Source: Camelus ferus (lineage: Eukaryota). From it: a stretch of 64,000 nucleotides of DNA. The stretch lies in contig NC_045698.1 in assembly GCF_009834535.1 (NCBI RefSeq), forward strand, positions 2,668,001 to 2,732,000, in the 5' to 3' direction. How positions within the stretch are numbered: position 1 is the stretch's first letter; every line of letters begins with the position of its first letter. The translations under genes and the position numbers were made by a program. Shown in pieces: positions 23,691 through 36,866 of this stretch. Under the pieces are notes generated by a model that was not told the origin of the DNA, ran no database searches, and saw only the letters and a program-made list of their open reading frames with translations.

Positions 23691-24319
23691 GAACCGTCTC
23701 TGCCGTTCCTATGGCTCCATTAGAAAAGTCCTTCAGATGCTTCCATTAAAAAAAGAAAAAAAAAAAAAAACACCCCCAGCACACTAGTTAGGCACTCGGT
23801 AGGTAGGTAGTGTTTATATTTCAGAAATAAAATATAAACTATGTTTAAAATGTGAGTAAACAGTAAACATCAGAACTAAAAGACATGGTACCAAAAGGAG
23901 ACTTGGCGTATGTGTCTATTGGATGAAACGTAGGTTTGGACGTAAACCCGACGTGCACCCTCAAGTGTGCAAACGACTTCCATGTTGGATACGTTTGGAG
24001 AGAAGACATGCAACCCCGAGAGTGTAAGAGCTTTGGGGTAAAACAAGCAGGGTCACACATCGTCCATGGCAAAGACAAACACGTAGCGAGGACCTTTCCA
24101 GTGTGTAACCCGTCTGGTTAGCCGTCCAATGGCCATTGGTCTCCAGTTTGATGACACACAGGCACTTTGGACTCAGTGTGGCCAAGATGAACACACCTTA
24201 TTTTACCCCAAGTGAATAATCACCAAAGCTCCTGATCCAGCTGCTCAGTGTTTTCCACGTATGGTTCCTTCTCTCCGCCAGGCCCGTTACGGTCCAAGCT
24301 CGGGCTCCTCCCATCGTTT

Positions 24320-24910
24320 CACCCAGTTCACAGCACCAGCCTCTCTAGTCTCCCTGACTCCAGTCTTGCACACGCCCTCCCCACCTGCCTCAGGGGTGAT
24401 GGGTCTGCTCTTTATATAGAAACTTTTGAATTGAAGTACAGTTGACTTACAACGTTCTGTTGGATTCTGTTTCTTCCTTGCAGCTCTATCCCTGCTCTGC
24501 TGAAACTCTCCCACGGGCCACCCTCACCTTCAGGAGTCCCGAGTAGCCTATTTGAGTTATAAGACTCTTTATTATCTGAACTGAATTTGACTTTCCAACC
24601 TCAGCTCTGACCTCTCTCTGACCATGGAGACCTTCCCACGGATTCCCGTCTCCCGCCCCCTCATCAGCCCGTGTCTCCTCACCATTCTTAGATGCTCAGC
24701 TTTCCTCTCCTCCTGGCCCTTGTCCTCTCCTGTGTGCTCAGCGTGCGCACGTGCACCCTGACCCCGCACATCTCATCCTGTGGCGGCTCTCTGTTCACTC
24801 TAACCCCATCAGACAGTAGTCTTCGAGAACGGGCGCTGCATGTCGCTGATGAATTCTGAGCCTTTGTCCTGGGACGTTTGCTGACGAGACAGATACAAGA
24901 ATGCCGGTAG
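24320..24910 (+). mobile_element. L2 fragments, highly diverged, with a short L1 3' tip at about 24420-24462
   Basis: cagcaccagcctctctagtctccctgactccagtcttg is L2-like; tttgaattgaagtacagttgacttacaacgtt is an L1 3' terminus on the minus strand. Confidence 0.45.
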
Positions 24911-25450
24911 CTGTCAGGGCTAGAAGGGGAAGTGTGAGTGTGAGACCACGGGGGGAAGTAGCACAGGCGGTTATACTGTCCAGAAACCATCATCAAGGGA
25001 GGGGTGAGTCTGGAAGGGAGACCAAGAGTCCCAGGGGAGGGCAGAAATGAGGGTCTGCATACCTGGGGACGGACCGGGGCGGGGAGGAGCAAAACCAACA
25101 CAGACAGCAGTAACAGCAAAGCACCTCACGGGGGTCCTCACCCTCAAGTCCCCCAAGTTAAGTGCGGCGGGGTCTGATTATGAAGAAGCACTTGAATCAA
25201 GGAGACTGTGAACTTCCGGGTTGAAACTCCTGGCAACTGGGTACGGGAGGAGTTTGAAGAGCTTTTCTGCTCCCGGTGCAATGTCCGTATGTGCAAACAC
25301 ACACACGTGCAGCTACACACTCAGACGTAAACACACAAGACTTCTCTCACACACGAACACCATGTACATGTAGTATTTCCCCAAACAACAAAATGATAGT
25401 GTTACTGGAAACAAAGGCTTATGCAAAAAATAAAAAGAACTTAAAAAAAA

Positions 25451-25620
25451 GAGGAGGATGTGGTTCTGTGGTAGAGCGTGTGCTCAGCAGGCCTGAGGCC
25501 TTGGGTTCAACTCCCAGTCCCTCCCTTAAAAAAAAAAAAAAAAAAGCCTAATCATAAATAAGTAAATAGACCTAATTTCTAACCCCTTCAAAGTAAACAG
25601 ACAAACAAAACAATTAAAAG
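25451..25620 (+). mobile_element. Vic-1-like camelid tRNA-derived SINE
   Basis: A tRNA-like head with A box (tggttctgtggtagagcg) and B box (gggttcaactcc), then a poly-A and the taaataagtaaatagacctaatt...cccc tail that I recall for Vic-1. Confidence 0.85.
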
Positions 25621-26620
25621 GCTTGTGCAGAAGGCTTTCAGTATTCTGAAAGAAACATCTCTCCATCCCTTCGTGTAGACACCTCATCGATACGGTTATC
25701 TTTCGGCTAAAATCCTCCATGGGTGTGCCCTGAGCTCAGCTAGGAGACTTACACACGATCTCATTGGATCCCACAGTCATCTCATGTCTTTGGTATCATC
25801 ACCCACTTTTCAAATCACATGCTACCAATTGGGTAACGTGTGGTACCTTAAACCACAGATCTGCAAATTCCGATCACCCATTTAAAATATTTAGTCTAGA
25901 GGGGCTGGATGCTAGAGTAATCCAACAATGCGCGTGTCAGCCACGCGGCCTGACTGTGATGTGACCGGTGTGGGTACCAGCCTGCAGACAAAGGCAGGTA
26001 GAACCATGCAATCCCAGCACCCCTTTCTGTGACGGACACAGGCCTTTCCTGAAGCCCCGCGCTCGGTTTTATGCACCAGAACATGAGCGGTGAACGACTT
26101 GGCCAGAATTCTGGGAGGCTGGAGGGACTGCACGTGTTTGATGAAGCCAGGGGATCTGGAGAATGAGGTTCCGGGGACCAGCGAGCGCTCCTCCAAGGAT
26201 GGCGACCAGCTGCTCGCTGTCTTCGGTGGGCAACCAGGAGACGTGAGCGGAAATGAGCTTAAACGGCATCATAAGGTAATAATTTGAGATAGAAAGCCCT
26301 TCCTGTGGCTGGAATGGGTTACCATGGAAACGGATGGAATGTCCTCTCCTCATGGTCTTTAAAAATCAGTTCTGTCTAACTTTGTTAAGGTTCGGGTGCT
26401 CCTCTGAAGTCAGAGCTGGCAATGTCGCCCGGACGTTCACCCCGTCCACGCCCATGCCTGCGGACGGGCATCCCTCTGAATTCTCAAGTCATCTTTTCCT
26501 CTCCCTCCCCTCAGCTCTCATGCCCCTCACTGCTTTGCACTTTTATTCACAAGTCTGAAAGTTATTCTGTTGCCGGATAGCTCTGAGTTCTGACAAATGC
26601 GTGCAGGCGTGTCACCACCA

Positions 26621-26691
26621 CCACGGCAGAACCGTGCCCCGCGGCAGAACCGTGCCCCGCGACAGAACCATGCACCGCGGCAGAACCGTGG
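26621..26691. repeat. 18-bp minisatellite, about 4 copies (ccgcggcagaaccgtgcc)
   Basis: Units start at 26621, 26639, 26657 and 26675; they give the PRQNRA repeat in the ORF track. Confidence 0.9.
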
Positions 26692-26829
26692 AATGTTTCC
26701 CCTTCCGGCTTTCCAGTCTCTTCTTTCTCTGCTAATGTTAGTCTCCCTTTTCTCTACACAAACATGTAAAGATTCAAAATCTGCAGGAGAGCACCACCAA
26801 GGGCCTTCCAACCTATTTATCCAGTAGAC

Positions 26830-27010
26830 AATATGTTATGTAGATATGCAGCTGTGTTTCTATGTAAACATATACGTTCTATATAAATATATTATGTATT
26901 ATGTATTATCTAGCAATATCCATCTATAACATCCACCTACCTATAGCATCTATGTATGGAGACAGCATGTCTATCTGTCTGTGATATCTACATCTATACA
27001 TAGAGAGAGA
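26830..27010. repeat. TA/TCTA-rich low-complexity tract
   Basis: Directly visible. Confidence 0.6.
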
Positions 27011-28408
27011 AAGTGCAGAGAGGCTTCCGGGGTCTCACTGTCTCTGGACTCAGAGGGTAGTGATGAGGCTGAGGACAGAGCTGGTGGGTCTGCTCGGCTG
27101 GTGCTCTGTGACAGAAGTCAGAAAACTGACCTGACAGGCTAAGAAGGGAAGGGGATGGAAAACTGAGAAGAAAATTGGAAGAATCAATCAACTAGTAGAA
27201 TGAATTTAAACGAGAATGCCTGAGACTGCCGGGCAGAGGTCACAGGGCCAGCGGACCAGAGTGTGCACCCAGCGACGGAAGGTGCTGCCCTCCGCACCCC
27301 CTTCCTGAGCCATCACACCCCGACCCGGTGAGTCGGAGGTGCTCCTTGAGAGCAGGGGGGACAGCCTGCAGTAGAGACGTCCCTGGAATGGATTTTGAGC
27401 CCAGTGTCTTGGAAGGTGAGGTTTTGTGTTGTTGGAGACTGGATTCCGAGGAGGTTGAAGGCACACAGCGAGGCGCAGCGTGAGCGAGGGCAGCCCGGCC
27501 CTCCAGAGAGGAAGCAAGGCCTGTTTGGTCGACGACTGAGGGTCAGGGAGAGAGGAAGGAGCTGAGAAGGAGCCGTGGGCCTCGCCTCTGGGGTCCCTGC
27601 ACGGCACAGAACTACAGGAGACACACCTGTTGAAGCCAAACCAAAACACAACAGCAAGAGCAGAAATGTGAAGTGAGTCCAAAGGAAACAGGTCTTTGTG
27701 CTCGATGGCAGGAGAGCAGCCCCAGAAGAGCACAGACGTCTTCAGAATGTCCATCGCAAGCCCGGCCCCGGACAGCGGGAGCAGGGGAGGCTGGGGGAGC
27801 ACTGGCCGAAGCCTCGGTTTCCCACACGCACTGGTGGAGGGCTGGTCAGATGCTGAGCGTTTCCACGCCTGCTGGGTGTCACAAGGAGGCTCAGCGGTGT
27901 GGGGACTGGACAAGGGTGTCCAGGCATGACGAGTGGTCTTTATCAACAGTTGGTAAGTAAGACCCTGGGAGAACCTGGTTGTCAGAGCAAAGGCCATGGG
28001 GACAGAGTCTGCCCCCAAGCCAGGAAGGAGGCGGGGGGTTACAGCCTAGGAAAGGCCAGAGGTCACAGAGGGGCCAATGGGCTGGAGAACCCTCGTCCAG
28101 GCTGGGGGGACGCACCCCTGGAGAAGCGGGATCGGCACAGGAGGGGCTCAGAGGCAGAGGAGGAGGGAGCGGCGCGTTTGTGTGCGCAGTGAGGTGTTGT
28201 AGAGCTCTGGCTAGTTCTTGTGTGTCAGGCTGCACGTCCACTTGCAGGACAACGGCGTTCACAGGCTCAAGAGGAGGTCAGTCCAGACGAGGTTAGTGAC
28301 ACACATGACACGTATGTGGTCAGTTTCGGGGTCTGGTCCTCGGCTTGATGGTCATGATGCGTCCTCAGAAACCCATTCCTCTAGTCACTGCCACCGTTAT
28401 TCAAATGG

Positions 28409-28529
28409 CCTTCCTTCCTTCTCTCTCTCTCTCTCTGTCTCTCTTTCCCCCCCCCCGCTTTCTTTCTCCCCCCCTTCTTTCTCTTTCTCCCTTCCTTCCT
28501 TTCTTTTTCTTCCTTTCTTTCTTTCCTCC
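28409..28529. repeat. Near-pure polypyrimidine tract (CCTT/CT/CTTT repeats)
   Basis: About 120 bp with only two purines. Confidence 0.9.
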
Positions 28530-30134
28530 AGAAGGGTGAGTGCTGAGTTCATTAGAAGGGCTGTGCCCTCTCTCCTCTCCTCTGCCTGAATCACTCTTCA
28601 TTAGCTTATTCTTCCTACATCATATCTCCCCATCTTTCTTTTTTTACTATACATTTCCAATCGTACCCCATTTTTCCAAAGTCAGAAGAAATACACATGT
28701 ATGTGTGTGCGCACACACAGAGGAAGGGTGCGCATATGCAGAGATACGTGTTACACGTGTAATTTCACAAAGTTAGTGTTTAGTCGCAGGAAAACAGCTG
28801 AGTGGAGCTTTTCTTTGGAAAACACATGTTCCAATTTGGGGCATCTACTGTTAATGGGAGTGCTGTTTAAAATTACAGATTGCCCTCCACGCCGCCAAGA
28901 CTCAGCCCCGGGCCCCAGACAAACCTGCTCCCTGAGGTGGCTCAGGGCAGTGTGTGCCAGTGCCCTTCGGCTGCCCCTGGCTGTCCCCAGGTTGTCCCCA
29001 GACAGGCTGGAGCAGTGGCCTTTGCAGCGCCCTGTCCTCTCAGCGGGGAGCCTCCTGATGGCCGGAATTCCGCACTCGCACTGGGATTTCCCTGCTCAGA
29101 CGCCTTAGCTTTCTTTGGCTTAGCCTGTCCTTCTTGAATTATGCCTCCCTGAGCTGCACAAGGGGGATTTCTGCACAGAAGATGCTCAGAAATCCTCCCC
29201 TCCCCCCGTGGAATTTGGCGTCCGCTCAGCTGCTGGACAGGAGCTCTGGCTGCGGAAGGTGAGCTGGGGAGGACGGAGCTCCCAGATCAAGTGTCCCTTC
29301 CTCCAGGGCCAGGCTGCGCAGGGAAGGAGACCCTCCTGCCTGCCGGGGGCGAGGCCGCGTCTCCGCCCACGCTGCTCGTCCCGATGAACAGGGAATCCGA
29401 GACGGGGGAGCCGGGGGATCAGCCTTGCATGGAGTCAATGCTAGTCTGTCCTCACCTGCTTTTAACAAGTCTTTGCCTCGTTGAAATATTTTTTTTATTA
29501 AATTTTAATCAAAAGCACAAAAACAGACTGTTTATCGTAGGAAAGACTGGCCTTATTGTAAGCACTTCTTGCCTGGCCGGTCTGAGAGATGTGAGCCGCT
29601 CCACAATGGACGAGTGGGCTTCGTTCAACGGCGCGCCCCTACCTCGGGGTGAAGGGCCGAGGAGGGTGGATTCATTGCATCCATCTGGACCCCGTGTCCC
29701 CTTCCACAGAGGGTTCACTCAGGGAGCCCGTTTGCTTACTGGTGGTTGCACCCCAGCTGCATCTGTTGTAGAGGGCGTGGGCTGAGGACAGTGGTTTTGA
29801 AGTGCACACTCTAAGTTTGGTCCTCTCTACAGGGTCTTACTTACATAGTTGGTCTGAAGTTTTCAGGGTGGATCAAACTAAGCAGTGTTTGTGGTGCTCT
29901 TCTGGCCTCAAGTGACCCGTGACATAAGTTCTTGGTTTATTTTTATGAAAGGAAAACATAAACAAAGAGGGTTGATACATTTACCTTCAAAATGGACATT
30001 AGATTACGTTTGCCCTTCTCATTCTTATCCTCGGGGATGCACCTGGGTAGCTGAGTAATCCAAACCAGCCAGCCTCCTAGCCTAAGAGTAAGGAGAAGAC
30101 AGTGAAATAGAAAAGGATGCATTATCCCATTATG

Positions 30135-30295
30135 AGATTATAAAATATAAAGTTTTATGTACTTATAAAATAATATATTTTTATTTATAAAAATAAATTT
30201 TAATTTATAAAAACAATTTTTATTTTACATTTCATATTATCTATTACACAATTATTTTATAACACAATAACTACCAAGTATTTTTTATTTAATTT
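30135..30295. repeat. AT-rich low-complexity tract
   Basis: Recurrent ttataaaa and tttattt motifs. Confidence 0.75.
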
Positions 30296-30892
30296 ACTCA
30301 AGAGTGGGGAATGATCAGCACTAATCAGATTTCTCTGACCTTGAAAACTTCCCTCGACCCTGAACTATGATTGACAGATGTCTGAAGCCAGCTTTCTGCT
30401 TGGACCTCACTGGGCTCAAGTATACTCAGCTTCTAAAACAATAAGACAAATAAAAAGGTAAGTTCTATGGTCAAGGACCAGGAAAAATGAGAAACAAAGT
30501 GACAGTTAGTATCTGCTGGCCCCTCCTGATTTTCCACAGCCGGCTTTGAGCACATGACTCCTATGGAGTCCTTGGAATTTGAGTCTCTTTCATGCTCTAA
30601 TCTAGATTTCTGAAGAATATTCCTTCTGCTTTTTAATTATTTTATGCCTGTTATCAGGTGACAGATGATAAGATTTATGAGTTTGTCCTTTGTAATTTCA
30701 AGTGTGTGTTTTCACATTAGGAAGAAAACTTCATTGATTTTTGTTCAAATTGAGAAGCAGATCTAGAGAGAAGAGGAACAAACACAAGAAGGAGAGCACC
30801 CCTCAGTTTTTTCTGGGAGAACCGGGTCCAGCTTTGCTGGTCGTGGACCCAGGATGTGGCTTATTCCCCCTCAGTGATGCTGTATTTGAAAT

Positions 30893-31036
30893 CTGGGGGT
30901 CTCAGACTGTGGTGTCAGAGCCCCAGGGTCAGTATCCCCTGGAATTTATCAGAAATGCATGCAAATCTGTGGAATCCAAGACCGGGGAGGGTGGGTCCAG
31001 CAAGTTTTCTAGGTTCCTCAAATGTGAGAGCCAGTG
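30893..31036. mobile_element. MER5A-like hAT-Charlie MITE
   Basis: gggtctcagactgtgg...cagtatcccctggaatttatcagaaatgca...gggtgggtccagcaa...aaatgtgagagccagtg, with MER5A-type termini. Confidence 0.7.
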
Positions 31037-31051
31037 TCACAGATAAGGAAG

Positions 31052-31402
31052 TGCCATGGACTGACCGTGTCCCATACTGATCCCAGGACCTCTAAAGGTG
31101 ACTGGGTTTGGAGAGAAAGCCTTGAAAGAGGTAACCAAGTTAAAACAAGGTCATCAGGGTGAGTCTTAAGCCAACAGGAGGTGTCCTTCTAAGAAGAGAA
31201 GACAAGGACACAGACACGCATGGAGGGACAACCTTGGGAGGACACGGGGAGAAGACGGCTGTCTGCACACCAGGAAGGGAGGCCGCAGGGGAAACCAGCT
31301 CTGCCCACACCTCGATCTTGCACTGTCAGCCTCCAGAGCTGAGAGGAAATACATTTCTTTATCTATGGTACCTTGTTTTGGCGGCCGCAGGAGACTGACA
31401 CA
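31052..31402 (+). mobile_element. MLT1 solo LTR, MLT1B-like
   Basis: tgccatggactga...gtgtccttctaagaagagaag...gagaagacggctgtctgca...cagcctccagagctgagag...ctgacaca. Confidence 0.88.
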
Positions 31403-32319
31403 ACAGTGAAGGTGATGAAGGTGACGAAGTGGAAAGTCAGGGTGAATGTTGGCCAGTTCACTTTGAGAGTTTTCAGGGAAAAAAATATCTGGCTACAGTT
31501 TCCTCCGTGAACCATCGAAGACCCAGGTCACAAAACGCACATTGTGGATTCATGTCAGTGTTTCTCTACACCATAGTGTAGTGCTGGACCCTTACTAGAA
31601 GAGTAAGAAACCGCTGCAACTGTGAACAGGTTTTAGTGCATCTGACAAGTTTTAATGACTGTGTAGAACTTCACCAGCCTCAGTATCGCCTGCTGGCACC
31701 TCTCCTAGGAGGGGACAGATGACTGGGGGACACAGGTCCTTGGGAGCCTCTCCTACCCCAGGCCCCACTTCAGTCTGAGTCTTGGTCCATTTTGGACAAA
31801 AGAGAGTCTGTGGCTCCACTGGAACCTGTGCTGAAGATGAATGACGACAGAATGTAACCCCTCCTGCCTCCGGAGCAATCTCTCCTCCACGTCCACAACC
31901 ACTCCCACCGCACACATGGTCCCTAGGGACTGTCCAGCCACAGGTGTCATCACACCCCCACCCCCCTCCACACACACACACCAGGTGGCCTGACCAGTGC
32001 TTGGGCAGAACCTTGTCTACCCAAAACCAGGCCAAATGACCTCCCGGGGCCCTCTCTCCCTCCCAGGCTCAAGTCTGCACAGTTGGCCACGGGAAGCTCC
32101 TGAGATGGTGTGGATTTGAGTGGCCCCCACTTTGCTGAGTCCTGGAACTCTGCAGGATGTCCTGACAGGGAGCCAAGATCATGGGAGCGCCCCCCCCCCC
32201 CAATGCATCTTCATTTGGAGATACAGGCAACTGTGCCCTGAATGTGGCCAAGATGAGTGTCTACGGAATAGTTGTTAAATTATTTATCAAAGGCCTCTTG
32301 TGTGTTTAAAAGTCCTTAC

Positions 32320-32472
32320 CCACCTATAATCTGTAAGCCTGAAAACCTTGAAAGATGGATATTGATCTCCACATTGGAGCAAATAAATTCTGTCTCAGTG
32401 AAATTAAATAAATTTCCTGAGACCGCACAGCTGCAGGTGTTAACTCTGGACCCTGCTCAGTGTCTGATTCTC
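32320..32472 (-). mobile_element. MIR SINE fragment
   Basis: aaccttgaaagatggatattgatctccacatt...tctcagtgaaattaaataaatttcctgagaccgcacagctg matches the antisense MIR core. Confidence 0.6.
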
Positions 32473-35400
32473 CCAGTGACCCAGCCTTCCGTTAGCCCAG
32501 CACAGGCCCACGCGCCCTGAAGCCCTCACAGCCAACGCTGGACGTGCGTAACAGAGCTTGTGAGAGTCCCCCTGCAGAATCGCACGACCTGGCAAGCTCT
32601 CATTCAGAATGTTTCAAGAACTGATTCAGTAATTGGAAAATAAAGACACAAAGACACAGATTCTTATCTTCTTAAGAGTTCATTTTGGAAAGACAGAGGG
32701 CCAGGTATGATACTGTTAATCTAAGAGCCCCCCCCCAAAAGCTGCAGCTGTAATGTTGGGGTCAAATTCTTTAGTAATGTGCTTGGAAACTCTTTAAGGT
32801 GGAAAGAAAAAAATGTTTTTAATACTGTTAATTACTATCTTTGTACTTTTCTGACTCGTGCAGAAGAATTCATGGCTAACCTTACCCAAGAACAATTTAG
32901 ATAATAAGACTTGAGATTCATTGTTCACATGTTTGTGACTTTAACAGTCTGAGATAGTTGGTAAACTGCCCAAAAAAAGGGAAATGCTTTTAAGCTGAAT
33001 GGCAAGAGGATAAAGTTGGACCATTTATATTCATGTTATCTTTTTCCTTCCCGACTCACTTCAAGATGTGTGAATTGGGTCAATGCCCAGATACTTTTAA
33101 ATTCAGAGATTTTTAAATAAAAGCAGCTCATATTTGGACTGGGTTTAGAGTGGAATCCTCAGTCTGATCCGCTGCCTGCTTTTGTGCTCTGCTAGCGAGA
33201 AGGCTCAGTTTACTCTCCGGTCTCTCAACCATCGGTCAACATTTCTTATGTCTAAGATATGATTTGATTTCCTCTCTAAAGCCTCACCAAGTAAAGTAAG
33301 TCAAAATAAGCAAATAAACAAAGCACACCCAATTTATTTGGGATGATCTTTGTTCACTGAAAATCACACCCAGAAATGGCCGTTCCACACGGGCAGGGGG
33401 AGTCAGGTCTGGGAAAATCCGCAAATTCAGATGTAAGGGAATCTCCCCAGTCAGCCCGGCGTCCGTCAGCACCTTTTCAGGACGCTCAGCGGAGCCGCAG
33501 AGACGAGGTAACCATACCTGTTAGCTGCAGGCTACGCACCGCGGGAGGGCCGGCTTACGGGGTTTCAATTTGGGCCAAGGGGAATCACTTATTCGCTTGT
33601 CAGATGAGAAACCCAACAGGAGACGCAGGAGAGGGGAGATCATGTCCTGGGGCCATGTCTGTAGTCACTGTCACCAAATTCAAATCGGCTAAAAGGCAAC
33701 AGTCTGGAGTCAATGCCCAGCCATCCTGAAAATGACGAGAACTAGCTCGGTTTCTGTTTCTTGATTGTGAATGGACAGAAAAAAAAAAAAAAATGAAGAC
33801 GTGACATCTTAAAGGAGAAGGCACAAACAAAGGAGTTTTATTTAGTCAACGTAAAAGACAGCCATAGCCTCTCAGGGAGACCCCTCTGTCCTGGGCTGGG
33901 CCCCTTGGAAACCCTTCACCGTGCCAGAGTCTCTCTCCTGCATCTGCAGTTGGAATTCTCGATGGGAAAGACACAGAGTCGCATTTCCTCCCTACGCGGA
34001 TTCTTGTCACCAGACCGCTTTGGGTTCGAGTTTCCCTTTACGCGGCCGCCCAGACGCACTCCTGCTCACATCTCTGTGTTCACTGGAAACCTTTCTGCCC
34101 CAGTGGACGGCTCCAGGCGTTGCAGTCATTCCAGTAGGTGCGGCCCGGCGCTTGCCGGGGAAAACCCAGGCGAAGATGAGCCAGGACACACAGTCCTCGA
34201 GGAGGGAGGGCTGTGGGCCGCACGCATGCAGGGGCGTCCAGAAAGTCCTCTGACCGCGGGCTCCCGTTTCAGGGTGGTGCGCGATCCGGGGACCCACTCA
34301 GTTCCACCTGTCACGGAAACACTGACTTACGTGGGAAGATGGGGAGTGGTATGCGGAATTTTACTTTAAAATCAGCTGGATCCTAATGCCTGCCTGTGTC
34401 AAGGGATACGTATGTATTAAAATCTTCAAAGCATCCTCTCTTCCTCAGTAACCTGCCCCCGAGAGTCGTAACTCAGTGCGGGAGGCCGTCTCCATGTGTA
34501 ACCTAACTTCTTCACGCTGTCATTCTAACTCACGTCCTTTCGTTCTGCCTTCGGTCAGATGTAAGAACACCAGCTCCCCACATTCCATGGAGGAGTGTTG
34601 GTGTGTTTTAAATGCAAGTACTGAATCATTTTCAGCCATTTCTTCTTCATGTTAAATAAGCCTACCGTCCAGTGTTCTGCAGGGAGCGCGCCTTCATCTT
34701 CCGACGTGACGTGGTGGCCTCAGGAAGGTGTTCCAGCTGCTCTGCGGGTCAGGGCAACAGACCTAGGACCTTTCTGACCAGCAATCACCAACCCTCCTTC
34801 TTGTCTGCGCCCTTCATACCATTGGGTTGGGACTTCAGAGGGAGTAAACATGGGAAGAATTCAGATCCTAACCAGAGTTCTTGACAGTATCCGGGGGAGA
34901 GGGTGTGTTGGCACCAGGGGCTGGGTCATCTGCTCGTGGACCTCTCAGTGCCATGGAAGGAGGTCTGTGGGCTTCACTCCAGTTGCCCACCTTCCTCGCC
35001 TGCCCCTGAATGGCTACCTCCTGGGGCTTTGCCGGGCACCAGGGTGGGGAGAAGGGAGCTCCCACAGCGCTGGCCTGGACGGGCAGCATCTCCTCTATCT
35101 ACCTGCTGTCAGCAAAGGATCCACCAGGGCAAGGTTTCCTGGACCTGTCAGGGGGGTGGACTAGAACCCTCATCAGAGAAGGGCTCCTGACAGGGGTCAG
35201 CCGGGGTGCAGTGTACATCCGGGGACATTCAGCTGTGGTGGTGGTGGCTGCGACAGCAGGCGTCCCCGAGAATAAACGGAGGGGGACAGGTTGGTCTTTA
35301 ACAGGTGGGTCTGTGCACCTTGTAGCATGCTTCCTCTCATAACTATTTACACTCCCTGTTACCTGGTGCCTCCCAGTCATCTGTTCTTCTCATTCGTTCA

Positions 35401-36866
35401 CGAATTTGGGTCCCTAGTAAGGAAGCACTTACTGTATAATATGAGTCTCAAGATTACATAAAACACCGTGCAGCCTTCCTGCACTTTGGGTTTAGGATGA
35501 GGTGAGGAGGCTCAAAGCCAAATTAGAGAGAAAGGGTCAAGCCAGACAGGTGGCACCTGGAGACCAGGGCGATCTGGGGCCAGGCTGGTCTCCAGGTGGA
35601 AGGAGCCCCCAGCCTAGCACCAGTCCCCCCACTAGGATGCTGGCAGGACAGACAGGGCCACAAGTGTGCAAGGCTTCTGTTCAGAACAGTGTGGGCGAAA
35701 AGCCCTGTGTCTGCAGAGACCATCCATGTAAAAATCCAGTTTTGCAGGAGACCAGTTGGAACCCCCAAAGAACTAATTTATAAATTGGGAAGCGCCTGGC
35801 TGGGTTGGCGTCAGGACTTGAGTCACAGCTCTTGGCCGCATCTGCCATCTCTGGACCCTTCATCTCTCTGCAGCTGGAAAACACTGAGATCTGTGTACAT
35901 GGCAAGACTCAATAAAAAGTGAGACAAGTTAAGAGAAGACTCAAGGGGTAGGGCTATTTAGAGTTGTTCTGAGAATCTTTGGAGATAAAATACCTTCCAT
36001 GGAGTACATGGCCTTTCAGAAAATTGGGAGGCACGGACTGAACCAGACGTAACCCTGCGTCTGTCAGCAGCAGACAGCAGTGGGATCCCCACTGATTAAG
36101 GGCTCCCATCCTGGAGCATCTCCAAGACGCACTGAGTGAGCAGGATTCCAGAATCGGGAGCTGACAACTCCTACCTCCCTTACATTCTCCTCGTCTGATC
36201 TCAACTTGCCTGTGCCCTTACAACCTTAAAGAGAAGTTGCTTAAACAATCTACGTGGCGCTCTTATAAAACTCCCCAAGTACCCATTAAAATATGAAGGA
36301 AGACACATAAAACCTACTACTATAAAAACAGCTATTGATAATCTAATTTGGTGTGTTTTGACACTTCATCTCCCACCCCCGACCAAAAAAAAAAAAAAAA
36401 CATTTGAGGCAAAGATCTATGTGCAAATGACTTTTTACTGAGTGTCCCCAGGAGAAATGAAAACTGTTAAGGGTCCTCTTTATCGCAGGGTCTAGTCTTG
36501 AGCTTTATCTGTCTAATCACGAAGCAGCAAGGCTATAACATGAGACATGGACTTAAAAACAGCTGTTGGCGTAGAGCTGAGTCTCCACGGTGGGGCTGGT
36601 GGTCTCAGGGTGGGGGCAGTTAGACACCCAGGGGCCCTTCTCAAACTGCAGAGGTGGCTGCTTCCAGGCATCCCGTCCAGGCTGGCAGCACCGAGGGAGG
36701 GTTGCCAGTTCGGAGCCTGTTCAGTGACACTGGGACACCAGGATGTGGCGGAAAGGGTGTGCGCGCTGAAGACAGGCACCGTCCTTCTTAGCGGAGACAC
36801 ACGGTAGCAAATTAAATAATAAAACAAACCTGCTTCTATTCGTCGAATGGGCCAGTGATGCGCGCC

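Noticed and set aside
25451..25525. tRNA gene
   Set aside because: The stems are degenerate and a SINE tail follows; it is a tRNA-derived SINE.
26141..26275. ORF MKPGDLENEVPGTS...HHK ending at AAG|gtaata
   Set aside because: It looks coding-like, but the donor is modest, no acceptor is evident and I recognise no protein.
26621..26691. CRISPR-like array
   Set aside because: The units are contiguous with no spacers, and the context is eukaryotic.
27206..28018. Longest ORF in the track (270 aa, minus strand)
   Set aside because: Non-ATG start, Pro/Ser/Leu-rich composition typical of GC-rich non-coding DNA, and no recognisable homology.
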